Part shown: piece after piece, positions 18,161-28,574 of the stretch
How positions within the stretch are numbered: the first letter of the stretch is position 1
Layout of the letters: every line of letters starts with the position of its first letter
Origin: Campylobacteraceae bacterium
Lineage (GTDB): Bacteria; Campylobacterota; Campylobacteria; Campylobacterales; Campylobacteraceae
Direction of reading: 5' to 3'
Length of the DNA: 64,000 nucleotides
Assembly: GCA_031263195.1 (NCBI GenBank)
Contig: JAISGD010000010.1
Coordinates: 32,075 to 96,074 of the forward strand
Position numbers and translations under genes: made by a program
The notes under the pieces: generated by a model
What the model was told of the DNA's origin: nothing
Databases searched by the model: none
The model's input: the letters and a program-made list of their open reading frames with translations, nothing else

Positions 18161-18712
18161 TTATTTTAAAAAATAACGAATGGACGCATATCCTATCGCC
18201 CCTGCTTCTTTACATGTATGTATTTGAGAATTTTCCAAAATACCGCCAAGCGCAATACATTTATTTGGTATTTTATCCGTTATTTCTTTTAACTTCTCTA
18301 AACCAAGAGGTTTATTTTTGTTCTCTACATAAAAAATCGGGCTTATTGTAATTAAATCTACTCCAAAGAGCAACGCTTCATTTGCCTCTTGCAGCGAATG
18401 CGCGCTTGCGACAGTAAAAAGATTTTCTGCTTTTGCCAAAGGAATATTTTCAAAATCTTTCGTTGAGAAGTGAACACCGTAAGCGCCTAAAATTGCCGTT
18501 TTTTGCCAAAAAGTATGCAAAATTGGCTTTATATTTAAATCCTTACATGTAGCGATAAAAATTTTGGCTAAATCCTCATAATTTCTAGCGTCTTTATCTC
18601 TTAAACAAGCGTAATCGATTTTATGTTTTTTAGCAGTTTGAAAAAGCGCCCGAGTTATAGACTGTTTACTGTTTCCGTAATATTTTGGATCAGTTATCAG
18701 ATACGATATCAT
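18161..18712 (-). CDS. Thiamine phosphate synthase (ThiE/TenI) family protein
   Basis: 183-aa TIM-barrel-like protein with family features (YLITD..., ISPIF, ALGGI). Confidence 0.75.
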   Translation of the reverse strand: MISYLITDPKYYGNSKQSITRALFQTAKKHKIDYACLRDKDARNYEDLAKIFIATCKDLNIKPILHTFWQKTAILGAYGVHFSTKDFENIPLAKAENLFTVASAHSLQEANEALLFGVDLITISPIFYVENKNKPLGLEKLKEITDKIPNKCIALGGILENSQIHTCKEAGAIGYASIRYFLK

Positions 18713-18989
18713 CCGAGCTGTCCGAACCGCTTAATCTCTTTTTTAAAAGCGTCTCAAGCAACTTCGTTTGGCGTTTTAGTTCGGATAACTTTTGTATTTG
18801 TACGCTAAATATTTCTACTGCCAAAACCATAAAAAGTCCAAAAATAGCGCCGACAAAAGCGCATAGTAACCCAATAAAAAAACCAAATCTCAAAAAGATA
18901 AAGAAAAATAAAACAGCGCCCAAAAATACAAGAGCCCAAGAGACCCCTAATAAAAAGCTGATTAAAAATTCAATATATGATTTTCGCAA
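18690..18989 (-). CDS. Small membrane protein, function unknown
   Basis: 99 aa with two clear TM helices and a charged coiled C-tail. Lies directly downstream of atpB and overlaps the thiE-like start by 23 nt. I recognise no family. Confidence 0.5.
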   Translation of the reverse strand: MRKSYIEFLISFLLGVSWALVFLGAVLFFFIFLRFGFFIGLLCAFVGAIFGLFMVLAVEIFSVQIQKLSELKRQTKLLETLLKKRLSGSDSSDDIVSDN

Positions 18990-19001
18990 ATTCCGTGCTT
19001 T

Positions 19002-19679
19002 TTAATGCTCTTCACTGATTTGTACCGCACCGGCCAAGTACACATAAGTCAATATCATAAAAATGAAAGCCTGCAAAGCTCCGAAAAATACCAAAATAAA
19101 GAAAGGTAAAACAGGTAAAACCCATGGAGCAAGGAACAATATGACCATTAAGAACAAGTCGTCTCCTTTGACGTTTCCGAAAAGCCGGAAAGAGAGCGAT
19201 ACGATTCTTGATATATGCGAAATAATCTCTATTGGAAACATAAGAGGGGCAAGGAAAAGATTTGGTCCTAAAAAATGCTTGAAATATTTTATAAAACCAC
19301 TCTTTTTAATACCTTCAAAATTATAGTATAAAAAGACTATTAAAGCTAATGGTAAAGTTATATTTATATTGCTTGTAGGGGCTTCAAAACCTGGAATTAC
19401 GCCTATCATATTTGACACAAAAACAAAAAGAGCAATTGTCGCCGCTAACGGCAGGTATTTTCTCGCCACCTCTTCTCCGGCGATTTCAGATGCAACGCCT
19501 ATAACACCTTCCAAAAATGCTTCCATCACATTTTGCACACCTCTTGGAACAAGTTGCATGGACGAAGTAGCGGCTTTGGCGACAATTAAAATAATAATCG
19601 CAACAATAAGCATTTGAGATAAAACAAGCCAAGTGTGATTATCAGATATAAGACCGGTAAATAGAAAAAGTTCAGACAT
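19002..19679 (-). CDS. atpB: F0F1 ATP synthase subunit a
   Basis: 225 aa. Contains the conserved SLSFRLFGN motif with the essential Arg, and five TM helices. Confidence 0.93.
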   Translation of the reverse strand: MSELFLFTGLISDNHTWLVLSQMLIVAIIILIVAKAATSSMQLVPRGVQNVMEAFLEGVIGVASEIAGEEVARKYLPLAATIALFVFVSNMIGVIPGFEAPTSNINITLPLALIVFLYYNFEGIKKSGFIKYFKHFLGPNLFLAPLMFPIEIISHISRIVSLSFRLFGNVKGDDLFLMVILFLAPWVLPVLPFFILVFFGALQAFIFMILTYVYLAGAVQISEEH

Positions 19680-19909
19680 TTTTAGCCCTGTTTTTTAATT
19701 TCAGTGATTATAGCAATCTAAGAATTAAGGTTTTATGAATTTCCACACTACATGTATGGTTTTTAAGGAGTTTACCAATTTTTCATACAAGCATTTATTT
19801 TTTTATATCATCCGGCATAGTTTTTTGTAAATGAATGACTTGTCGCACAATAGACAATAATAAAAAACATAAGAGGTTTTTCCGATATCCGGAAAAACCT
19901 CAAAATATC

Positions 19910-22900
19910 TTAAAAACTGTATCTATACCCGACATTAGCTTTTAAACTGTCAAACTCGCTGCCTTTTTGTAATCCCCCTTCCAAATAAAGATTATGGTTG
20001 CTGCCGCTTATTGTAATTCCAAGAGCGTTATCAAATATATTTTGATTTAATTTATACTCTTTTTGCGTATTTTGAGCGTCGTTGAAAGAGTATGTCGTTT
20101 TACCGCCAAGCTCTCTTGCATAACCTGTTTTAAAATAGAGATTCGCGTTATCTTTCAACTTATATCCAAGCACGACGCCAACTCTAGCGAGATACGAGTC
20201 AAAACCGTCAATATTGGTTTTTAGATTGTTTGACGAGCTTACGCTAAAACTTCCCTGTTTAGCATAAGTTAATTCTGCCTGAGGTTCAATGTAGATACTC
20301 TCTCTATCATATCTTTTGCCTACTTCAACGGATAAAGAAAATCCTTTGCTATCCCCGCTTCCGTCTACGCTCAGATTGTTTGATGTGCGAGTATTGAAAT
20401 CGTTATCGTTTTGAACATATTTGATAAGCGTGTCTATATAAAAATTGTTATCGCTTTTATATAAAGCGTACGCGCCAAAATCATACATGACACTTTCGCT
20501 ATCCCCTATGCTGTAATCCGTATCCGATTTTAAATATCCAAAAGTTAATCCCGTGTAAAGCTTACCCTCTTTTACGTAAGATAATTTGTCCGCTCCTATT
20601 TGAATACCATAATACCCAACGCTGTCTATTCTCGTGTTACCGTCGAACGAGCCAAGCTTTCCAAAATATGTCCTAGCCCATACATCGCCGTTATCTTTAT
20701 CGCTTGAACGCAATTCCCCCATTCTTTGAAGGATATTTTGCGTATTGATATAATTAGACAAATAGTTTACTGTTAAAAATCCTATTGAAGAGACCGCCGC
20801 ATTACTAAGAACGGCTCCGCCTCCCGGAACAATGCTGCCTGATGGCGTTACATCTCCGAAATAATAACTTTGCGTCGTATTGTCAAAATTTAAATTATAA
20901 GTATAAGCTCCGATATCGGCGTGTCCTCCGAAATTAGCTTGATAATCTCCGGCAGGGTTTAGATGTTGCACGACTATCAAAGAGAGATTGCCGCTTGGAT
21001 TGTACCCGCCCGTTGTTTTATCGTAAAAGTTTATAGTATGCGCTCCCGATGAACTATTGGAGATAAATATCTTATCGCTTATTTCGTTATTGACGTCAAA
21101 TCTTACGTTAAATATTCCATTGCCAAATATATTATCCGCCACAAGAGACACGGGATTTGATAAAGGAGAGTTATTGTAGCTTAAATCGACAATAGCGCCG
21201 TTTGAAAGTCTCAAATCGCTTACGGTTGAGTTTGCCGATACTATCCATTTGGAATTATCGAACGATAAATCCATAATTCCTCCGCTTGACAAAGATGCCG
21301 AACCTATAAATGAAGACGCGCTGTCAAACTCTAAAGAGATAGTTCCGCCGTTATCGCTTAATAAGTTCCCGAATATATCAAGAGTATTGCCGATTGAACT
21401 TACTATACCGTTATTTGCGTATATGGCGTAAGAGCTATCGTCAAACGCTTTTAAAGACGTCTTATTGTCAAGCGCTAAATTTGAACCTCCCGCTACATGT
21501 AGAGCGTAAGAGTTTGGACCGTAAACGTTTATATCAAGAGCGTTAAAATCATACGTATATCCGTTGTCAAGATATACGGCTTTTGAGTTGGAACCGTAAG
21601 TATTGATGTTAAGCGTGTCGTTGAAATAGACGTTTTGGTTAAATTGATTATTGCTGACGTTATTTATCGCGAATGCATTTATGCCATCGCCCAAAGTATT
21701 AAAAGTCGTTTCACCGTTAAAGTGAATTGACGCATTTGCGAACGTAAGTTCAATAACTTTAGTATTGTTTCCATTTGCGTTTAACGTAGATTTTCCGTTA
21801 AAAACAACATGGGCAGGAAGACGATTTCGTACATTGGCGTTTGCGTCGTAATTTGTGACATATACGGCAACGGCTTTGTCTCCACTTACGCTTATGTCGG
21901 CGTTATCACCTACAGTAACGTTTCCGTTCTGGCGGGCGATAATACCGTGAGAAGCGGTGGGACCGCCATAAGACGCGCTTACGATATCCGCGCCGCCGCT
22001 TGTGCTAATTGTAAGATTATCCCCTATGATAACATTTGAACCGCCTGTTGCGCTTTCCAGCGTGTTTGTACTGCCAGACCCCCAAGAGTAAACGCCAACA
22101 CTCTGGTCTCCTGTTGTAATGATATTGGCGTTATCCCCTATAGTGATATTACCATAATAAGAATAAACGCCATGAGAATATCCGCCCGTGCTGATTATGG
22201 TGGCGTTATCGCCCATATTTATGATAGGTATCAACCACTCCCCATTGACTTGCGAAGTATATCTTCCATCAGCCGCCACAGGCGAGGTAACACCTTTGTT
22301 GGTGCCTCCTATTGTGATTATATAAGCGTTATCTCCTATATTGATTTGACCTCCAGCGTCGGCATAAAGACCGCGAGACATGTCATTTCCTTCGGTTTTG
22401 ATATAAGCGTTATCTCCTATCGTGATAGTTGAGACGCCAAAACCGCGAGTTGCCCAATATGTCTGTGCCTGCACGGCATAAGTATTGTTTCCTTTTATAT
22501 TTACATATAAATTATCGCCGATAGTGATGTCAGAACCTCTCTTTGAAGATATCCCGTAAGACCACCATCCGTCATACGTGGTACTTGGCTGTCCGTGCTG
22601 TCCTGTGGTAACAATGCTAAGATTATCCCCGATAGTGATAGTCGACAAATAATCAGACCTGATACCCCAACTGCCGATACCTGTCGTTAATATATCCACA
22701 TTGTTACCGATAGTGATATCGCCGTATTTGGCGGCTATGCCATCGGAGCGGCTTTGAGTGGGATAAGTGTCGCTTCCTTGCGTTCTTATGAGAACATTAT
22801 CTCCCACATTGACAGTCGCTCTGCTGGCTTGATGTGCGTTATCATCGCCAGTTCCCGCCGCATTAATACCAATAGAATCTTGACCGTCCGTATATATGTT

Positions 22901-23362
22901 TATATTTGAGCCGACATTAATATACGAATTTTCTCCCGATAATATACCTTTAGAGCGATCGCCTACAGTATTTATATTTATATTATCGCCTGTCGTGATA
23001 CTACTGTTAAGAGCGTATATCGCGCTGGAATCCCCCCCCATTGTAACAATATTTAAACTATTAAATACCCAATCTTCCGTTACATTATTATATACCCCAT
23101 AAGCGCCGTTTACCGTGGTATTAATATCATAATTTGAATTTTGCGGATAAGCTCCGTAAGTAGACGAATCTACCGTATCATCACAATAAATTATGCTTCC
23201 CGACAACGTGCAAGCAGCGGATAAATTTGAAGTGAGAAAAGAGGCAAAAAATAGAGAAATAGCAAAAGATTTTTTCAAATCTCTTTTGTGATATTCTGTA
23301 TTTTTTGCGAACAGCTTTTGAGAAATATTGAGACAATATTTACCTAAATTATAGCGGTACAT
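19910..23362 (-). CDS. Autotransporter outer-membrane protein, paralog of 1639-4845
   Basis: 1150 aa with the same architecture and repeat type (ITIGDNxxIxTxG; GWWSYG). Junction sequence ILQRMGELRSS...DVWARTYFGKLGSFD, beta-barrel, terminal YRYSF. Confidence 0.9.
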   Translation of the reverse strand: MYRYNLGKYCLNISQKLFAKNTEYHKRDLKKSFAISLFFASFLTSNLSAACTLSGSIIYCDDTVDSSTYGAYPQNSNYDINTTVNGAYGVYNNVTEDWVFNSLNIVTMGGDSSAIYALNSSITTGDNININTVGDRSKGILSGENSYINVGSNINIYTDGQDSIGINAAGTGDDNAHQASRATVNVGDNVLIRTQGSDTYPTQSRSDGIAAKYGDITIGNNVDILTTGIGSWGIRSDYLSTITIGDNLSIVTTGQHGQPSTTYDGWWSYGISSKRGSDITIGDNLYVNIKGNNTYAVQAQTYWATRGFGVSTITIGDNAYIKTEGNDMSRGLYADAGGQINIGDNAYIITIGGTNKGVTSPVAADGRYTSQVNGEWLIPIINMGDNATIISTGGYSHGVYSYYGNITIGDNANIITTGDQSVGVYSWGSGSTNTLESATGGSNVIIGDNLTISTSGGADIVSASYGGPTASHGIIARQNGNVTVGDNADISVSGDKAVAVYVTNYDANANVRNRLPAHVVFNGKSTLNANGNNTKVIELTFANASIHFNGETTFNTLGDGINAFAINNVSNNQFNQNVYFNDTLNINTYGSNSKAVYLDNGYTYDFNALDINVYGPNSYALHVAGGSNLALDNKTSLKAFDDSSYAIYANNGIVSSIGNTLDIFGNLLSDNGGTISLEFDSASSFIGSASLSSGGIMDLSFDNSKWIVSANSTVSDLRLSNGAIVDLSYNNSPLSNPVSLVADNIFGNGIFNVRFDVNNEISDKIFISNSSSGAHTINFYDKTTGGYNPSGNLSLIVVQHLNPAGDYQANFGGHADIGAYTYNLNFDNTTQSYYFGDVTPSGSIVPGGGAVLSNAAVSSIGFLTVNYLSNYINTQNILQRMGELRSSDKDNGDVWARTYFGKLGSFDGNTRIDSVGYYGIQIGADKLSYVKEGKLYTGLTFGYLKSDTDYSIGDSESVMYDFGAYALYKSDNNFYIDTLIKYVQNDNDFNTRTSNNLSVDGSGDSKGFSLSVEVGKRYDRESIYIEPQAELTYAKQGSFSVSSSNNLKTNIDGFDSYLARVGVVLGYKLKDNANLYFKTGYARELGGKTTYSFNDAQNTQKEYKLNQNIFDNALGITISGSNHNLYLEGGLQKGSEFDSLKANVGYRYSF
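23032..23039 (-). repeat. Homopolymeric G8 (C8 on the + strand) inside the autotransporter coding sequence
   Basis: The + strand reads ggaaTCCCCCCCCAttg. On the coding strand this is ACA ATG GGG GGG GAT TCC = T-M-G-G-D-S, about codon 108, currently in frame. Confidence 0.9.
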
Positions 23363-23591
23363 GTAACCCCTTTTTAAAAAGATGATGAGATTTTATAAGA
23401 AAAATTCTTACAATAATATTAAAAATCGTTATCATTTTTGAGTAAATATCGTAAAACATTATCTTTAACGCGAGTTTAGTAAAATAATGACATTGAAAAG
23501 AAAAATAGGCTGTTTTAACTATCTATACAGAATGAAGATTTTGTAAAAAATAAATATATCAATTTATATGTAAAGGAGAGTTCAAAAAGTT

Positions 23592-23610
23592 AAGAACCGC
23601 TTGCGTTCTT
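23592..23610 (-). terminator. Possible intrinsic terminator downstream of the TIGR02757 gene
   Basis: 6-bp stem AAGAAC/GTTCTT with a 7-nt loop. On the minus strand it is followed by AACTTTTTG. The stem is short, so confidence is modest. Confidence 0.35.
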
Positions 23611-23638
23611 TAAAAACGGCGCTTTTGGTTCAGTCAAC

Positions 23639-24394
23639 TTATTGTTTAATAATTTTTTCTATCTCTTTTGACTGTCCAAGACGATATAGCGCAAAGTCGT
23701 ATTTTATAGGATCTTTGGCGTCAAATCCGCGAAGCGTTTGCGTCAATTCCAAAACAGCTTTAAAATCATAAGTTTTGCGATTTAAAAGTCCAAGTTTTTT
23801 TGAAACATTAAATGTATGCACGTCAAGCGGTATCAGTAGATCAGCTTTATCCACCCTCTTCCAAAGCCCCATATCAAGTTCATCATCCCTTACCATCCAA
23901 CGCAAAAACATATTCCATCTTTTATATGGCGACGAAGGATTTTGCAACGGTACTTTGCCAAGTAAAAACTCGTAACCAGAAGTTCTGTAAGGATTTAGAG
24001 AGTATAGTTTTTCCAATACATTTTTAATCCCATCTACAACTTTACGCTCTTTTTTGTATCCTTCTAAAAAAATGTCTTCCAAACTCGCTTCTTTTTTGAA
24101 TCTGGCAAATGTTTTAAAAATTTCCGTTACATCTTTGTTTGTCTGAAATCTATAATATCGCCCTTGCAATTTTTTCTCTATCGTCTCTTCATCGTCATTT
24201 AACGCTGAAAAATCGAGAGAAAGTAAAAATTTTTCAATGAGTTTTGCATTTCCATACGCAAACAGCGCGCAAATTAACGCTATGATATCGTCGCGATACG
24301 GTTTTGCAACCCTTAGCGGATCAGCCGCTTCCATAAGACCGATATCGCGATTTTTCTTTCCCGCTTCCAAATCAAGTAACTCTTTTATATCCAC
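23639..24394 (-). CDS. TIGR02757 (DUF2400) family protein
   Basis: 251 aa with LFAYGNAK, FLRWMVRDDELDMGLW and PLDVH motifs, which I associate with DUF2400. Confidence 0.7.
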   Translation of the reverse strand: MDIKELLDLEAGKKNRDIGLMEAADPLRVAKPYRDDIIALICALFAYGNAKLIEKFLLSLDFSALNDDEETIEKKLQGRYYRFQTNKDVTEIFKTFARFKKEASLEDIFLEGYKKERKVVDGIKNVLEKLYSLNPYRTSGYEFLLGKVPLQNPSSPYKRWNMFLRWMVRDDELDMGLWKRVDKADLLIPLDVHTFNVSKKLGLLNRKTYDFKAVLELTQTLRGFDAKDPIKYDFALYRLGQSKEIEKIIKQ

Positions 24395-24548
24395 AACTAT
24401 TCCACCTATTATAAAAACACAATTATATACAAAAATGACAAAATCGCACCAAAATTACCCTTTAATTTCCACCTTAACATCAATGCGAGTATCAAAAGGC
24501 TGTCATAAGTATTAGAGAAAAAGAGTTAAAGCGGTTAGAGATAGAGCA

Positions 24549-25043
24549 TTATATAAGTTTTCTTATCTCCTCTTCCAACTTATTTTGCGGAGTTAAACCT
24601 AAAAATCTGCTTGCTACCTTGCCATCTTTGTCATACATGTATATCACAGGTACGCCATAAACGCCGCCAACGGCGTGAGAAAGATATTCGACGGATTTGC
24701 TCTCGGAGATGACTTTGAAAGTTATATTTTGCGCCTTTAAAAGTTCCATATCGCTATCAAAACCCATACTTCCATTCATAATTCCTACGATATCGAATGA
24801 GCCTGAATATTTTTGCGCGAAAAAATTGATAGACGGTATCGCTTCCTTGCATGCTCCGCAGTCGGTTGAAAAGAAAAAGAGCATAAAAGCTCTTTTATTG
24901 TTTAAGCTAAGCGTCTTGTTTGAAGGTGAAAATGTAGTTTTTAAAGGACTTGTATCGTTTAATACTATATGGTTCTTTTCGCCGATATTCGAGCAAGAGC
25001 AAAGCAATAATGCCGATAGTGCGAAAAGCGCTATTTTATTCAT
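24549..25043 (-). CDS. Thioredoxin-fold (TlpA-like) lipoprotein, Cj1665-like last gene of the P19 cluster
   Basis: CGAC redox motif. Likely start at MNKIALFALSALLLCSCS (lipobox), which forms an ATGA overlap with the upstream stop. The track ORF extends to 25079. Confidence 0.8.
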   Translation of the reverse strand: MNKIALFALSALLLCSCSNIGEKNHIVLNDTSPLKTTFSPSNKTLSLNNKRAFMLFFFSTDCGACKEAIPSINFFAQKYSGSFDIVGIMNGSMGFDSDMELLKAQNITFKVISESKSVEYLSHAVGGVYGVPVIYMYDKDGKVASRFLGLTPQNKLEEEIRKLI

Positions 25044-25525
25044 AGAACTTCCAGTATCTTTTCCAGACTTTTTTCCCAAGATGACATACCAAATATCTTA
25101 TCTTTTAGCTTGCCGTTTTTATCTATGATAAACATTGTGGGGACAACGACAACGCCGTATTTTTTACTGCTTATATCAAGATCGTCTTTAAGAAGCGAAA
25201 ATGTGATATCGTACTCTTTTTGAAATGTCTTTATATCTTCTATAGAGTTGTAAGAATTAATGCCAATGACCGCCAAGTCGTCTTTGTATTCATTTTGCAA
25301 TTCTTGTAACTTTGGCATCTCCATCATACAATGATGACACCCTTTTTCCCAAAATCTTATAACTATGACTTTACCTTCAAATTGGCTTAGTTTTACGGAG
25401 TTACCATCCATATCTTTAGCCGATATTTCTGGAGCGCTCTCCCCTATTTTAACGCCGCCGCTTATCTGAGCCGATAAAAAAGAAAACATAAAAAGTACTG
25501 TTATAAAAACTACTTTTTTCATCAT
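25040..25525 (-). CDS. Periplasmic thioredoxin-fold (TlpA-like) protein, Cj1664-like
   Basis: Signal peptide plus WEKGCHHC (CxxC) motif. 161 aa. Confidence 0.8.
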   Translation of the reverse strand: MMKKVVFITVLFMFSFLSAQISGGVKIGESAPEISAKDMDGNSVKLSQFEGKVIVIRFWEKGCHHCMMEMPKLQELQNEYKDDLAVIGINSYNSIEDIKTFQKEYDITFSLLKDDLDISSKKYGVVVVPTMFIIDKNGKLKDKIFGMSSWEKSLEKILEVL

Positions 25526-26181
25526 AAATCTCCTTTGTGTTCTATTTTGCCATGATGAAGATGTATTGTTCTATCGCCAAGTTCGCCAAGTTCGGGGTTA
25601 TGCGTAATGGATATAATCGTCTTACCCTCTTGTTTTAACTTAGCAAAAAGTTCAAATATCACTCGCTCGTTATTCTCGTCCAAATTTCCTGTTGGCTCGT
25701 CTGCCAGCAGTATTTCAGGATCATTTATGAGCGCTCTTGCAATACAAAGCCTTTGCTGTTCACCGCCGGATAATTGTGACGGACGATGCGTCAAACGATG
25801 AGAAAGCCCCACTTTAGCTAAAACCGCCCTTGCATCCTCTTCATCTGTCGAACTGTGATAATATTGCGCCAACATCACATTTTCAAGAGCTGTGAGATAT
25901 GGTATCAGATGAAACTGTTGAAATATAAGTCCTATTTTTTCGCGTCGAAACAAAAGCTGCTTACTCTCATCAAATCCGCTCACATCCTCACCGCTAAAAA
26001 GATACTCTCCTCCGGTTGGATTATCCATTAACGATAATATATTTAAGAGTGTGGTTTTACCAGAGCCCGACGGCCCCATTATACTTACCCATTCGTTTTT
26101 ATTTACCGTTATGTTTATTCCCTCAAGCGCGCTTACATCGCCAAAACGCTTCTCTATGTTTTTTAATTCAATAACAGACAA
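25522..26181 (-). CDS. ABC transporter ATP-binding protein (MacB/LolD-like), Cj1663-like
   Basis: Walker A GPSGSGKTT, signature LSGGEQQR, Walker B LLADEPTGNLD. Confidence 0.9.
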   Translation of the reverse strand: MSVIELKNIEKRFGDVSALEGINITVNKNEWVSIMGPSGSGKTTLLNILSLMDNPTGGEYLFSGEDVSGFDESKQLLFRREKIGLIFQQFHLIPYLTALENVMLAQYYHSSTDEEDARAVLAKVGLSHRLTHRPSQLSGGEQQRLCIARALINDPEILLADEPTGNLDENNERVIFELFAKLKQEGKTIISITHNPELGELGDRTIHLHHGKIEHKGDL

Positions 26182-26182
26182 T

Positions 26183-27319
26183 TCATTCTCCTCGTAAAAT
26201 ATCAGCTACATTTATCCCCAGCGATCTCTTTATTGGTAAAAAGCATGCCGCTACAGCAAATATAAGCGAAATCAAAATAGCTGAAGGGATAGATAAAAAT
26301 CTAAAATCGATACCGGAACTAAATATCGCCTGCCCAAAAGCTTGTGATAACAAAAACCCAAATCCGGCACCAACAAGAGAGGCGATAAAAGCCATAATAA
26401 AAGTTTCCATACCGAACAGTCGCACAATACTTTTTTTGGAAGCTCCTAAAGCCCGTAAAAGCGCTATCTCTTTCGTCCTTGAAAAAATAATGGAACTAAG
26501 AGTTGTATTGACACATAAAGATGTTATGAGAAGAACACTCAAAGCCACAAGTGCCATTAAAAGTTTTATTTTCTCCAATATAATGCCTTCAGATTGTGAA
26601 ATAGCGGTTACGGGCTTTGCAATGAGAGTAGTATTTTGACTGATAATCTCGCCTAAAGCCTTTAACTCCTCAAAATTCCCCAGTACTACAATATCAGCGA
26701 AATTAATCAACCCTTCTTTTCCAAGCGTGATTTGAGCTGTACTTAGAGGCACAAACAAAATATTATCTTCTTTGCCACCGGTTGAAATAATACCTCTTAT
26801 CTTAAGTTTTACTATTCCATCAATGCCCACCATATCTACAGTTGAACCGACTTGAAGTTCCATTTTCTTTGCCAAATCAACTCCCGCAAGCGCGCCGAAA
26901 TCGTCAAAATCCACATTTATATAATTTCCATCTCGAACTTCTAAAAATGGTTTAACTTTTTTAAGCTCTTTAAAATTTACACCTGCTATCACGGCATTTC
27001 CAAGTTCAAGTCTGGCCATACCGAACAGATAAGCCGACGCACCCAGAAGTTTATCGTTTTGTATCTGCGAAAGCGCGTTTTCATAGATATTTTCGCTTAT
27101 ATAAGTATCTTTTGAGGCTATGATAAAATTGGCCCCATAAGCCTTCAACTCCCTATTCATTTTAGAGTCTATATCAAGATATATATTGATAAATGCCGCT
27201 GTTATCGCAGTTCCAAGTGCGACAGATACAAATATCACTCCAGCCGCACCACGGCTTAAAGAGAGACTTTTAAAGACCATTTTTACAAAAAAGATAAAAT
27301 TGGCTCTATTTTCTCTCAT
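26183..27319 (-). CDS. FtsX-like ABC transporter permease, Cj1662-like
   Basis: 378 aa with an N-terminal TM, a large periplasmic loop and a C-terminal FtsX 3-TM bundle (EIALLRALGASKKSI). Confidence 0.85.
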   Translation of the reverse strand: MRENRANFIFFVKMVFKSLSLSRGAAGVIFVSVALGTAITAAFINIYLDIDSKMNRELKAYGANFIIASKDTYISENIYENALSQIQNDKLLGASAYLFGMARLELGNAVIAGVNFKELKKVKPFLEVRDGNYINVDFDDFGALAGVDLAKKMELQVGSTVDMVGIDGIVKLKIRGIISTGGKEDNILFVPLSTAQITLGKEGLINFADIVVLGNFEELKALGEIISQNTTLIAKPVTAISQSEGIILEKIKLLMALVALSVLLITSLCVNTTLSSIIFSRTKEIALLRALGASKKSIVRLFGMETFIMAFIASLVGAGFGFLLSQAFGQAIFSSGIDFRFLSIPSAILISLIFAVAACFLPIKRSLGINVADILRGE

Positions 27320-28574
27320 GTAAAACCTCCGCAGGAAGCATGTGGGCTACATTTCTCATAGGTATCAATGAACCTATGAACGCTATCAAAACAGCGAAGC
27401 AGACTGTAAGCGGTAATACTATGAGGCTGATTTTTATCGTGTGTGAAAATATAAACCAAGCCATTAAAATAGATAGAGCGTATCCGCCGACCGTGCCGGC
27501 TAAACCTGCAGCTACAGCTGTGAACAGAGACTCTGCCAGAAAAAGTAAATAAATATTTAAATTATCCGCTCCGAGCGCCTTAAGTAAACCTATCTCTTTT
27601 TTACGTCTGTGTATCTCTGAAGTTAAAAGCGAAGCTATACCTATGGATGCTGAAAAGAGTGCTAAAATACTAACGACACCCATTAGGGATTGTATCTTTT
27701 TGACAATTTGACTCTCGCCTTCGCTGATTTTCATCAAAGCTTTTGCACTCGAAGACGGGTACTCTTCCTCTATCTGGTAAGCGATTGAACCCACATACGC
27801 CGAACAATACCATTTGTCGTGTTCTATAGCGTTTAGCCCTTCTAAATTCCGCCTTGCTTTTATCGATAAGTCATCTTCGGGGATTGTCAATGCCGAAACT
27901 TCTATTCGCGATATTTTGCCCTCTTTATTTAAAAGTTCTCCGGCAAACTTTAAAGAGACGATAATTTTATCGTCAATATCATCATTTGTTTTCAGGATTC
28001 CAGCTACTTGCAAATTTTTACCGGCTATTTCTATAATACTTCCAACTCTTAACTCAAGTTCTTCTGCCAAATTGTTTCCAATTAATGCTTCGCTTATCGA
28101 ATCGTCATTTGGAAACTTTCCCTCGAGTGTCCAAAACGGATACATGCTCTTTATGCCTGCGAAAAATTCTTCATCGTCTTCAAGAGCTATCTTTTTGTCA
28201 AAATATGTCCCCAAAATAGTCCTATTTTTACCTTCATAACTTATCTTCTCTTCTAAAAACGGCGTAAAGGAGATGATATTATTTCGCCAAAATATATTTT
28301 TTATACCGTTAATATATTTTTCGTCAAGATATGCTCCGTCTTGCAAAAGATTCAACTCTTCACCGCCTATATCAATACTTATTCCGCCACCCTTCGGTAA
28401 CACTATAATGTTTGAGCCGTAACTTCTAAGTTCCATCGCCACTTTATCGCCTATACCAAGCGTGATATTGAGCATGGAACAGATAAGCATTGATGCTAAA
28501 AATATAGTTAAAAAAGCTAAAAGTTTTTGCGTTTTATTGCCTAAAAGAGCGGCTTTTACCAATCTAAATCTCAT
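27306..28574 (-). CDS. FtsX-like ABC transporter permease, Cj1661-like
   Basis: 422 aa with the same architecture (EIGLLKALGADNLNI). Confidence 0.85.
   Translation of the reverse strand: MRFRLVKAALLGNKTQKLLAFLTIFLASMLICSMLNITLGIGDKVAMELRSYGSNIIVLPKGGGISIDIGGEELNLLQDGAYLDEKYINGIKNIFWRNNIISFTPFLEEKISYEGKNRTILGTYFDKKIALEDDEEFFAGIKSMYPFWTLEGKFPNDDSISEALIGNNLAEELELRVGSIIEIAGKNLQVAGILKTNDDIDDKIIVSLKFAGELLNKEGKISRIEVSALTIPEDDLSIKARRNLEGLNAIEHDKWYCSAYVGSIAYQIEEEYPSSSAKALMKISEGESQIVKKIQSLMGVVSILALFSASIGIASLLTSEIHRRKKEIGLLKALGADNLNIYLLFLAESLFTAVAAGLAGTVGGYALSILMAWFIFSHTIKISLIVLPLTVCFAVLIAFIGSLIPMRNVAHMLPAEVLHERK

Noticed and set aside
18685-19005. 106-aa + strand ORF, Lys/Asn/Pro-rich.
   Set aside because: It is the mirror of the 99-aa membrane ORF on the minus strand. 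That ORF fits the operon direction (atpB ... thiE-like) and has clean TM helices, so the minus-strand reading is preferred. Neither reading is proven.
21249-23102. Tracked + strand ORFs 21249-21431, 21809-22039, 22172-22432 and 22896-23102, inside autotransporter 2.
   Set aside because: Same reasoning: these are antisense shadows of a repetitive coding region.
14222-23365. The idea that ACATGT enrichment simply reflects ATG start-codon context. Cores at 14222 and 23359 do overlap start codons.
   Set aside because: Only 2 of 35 cores overlap starts. Most lie mid-gene in all three phases or in spacers, so start-codon context cannot explain the excess.
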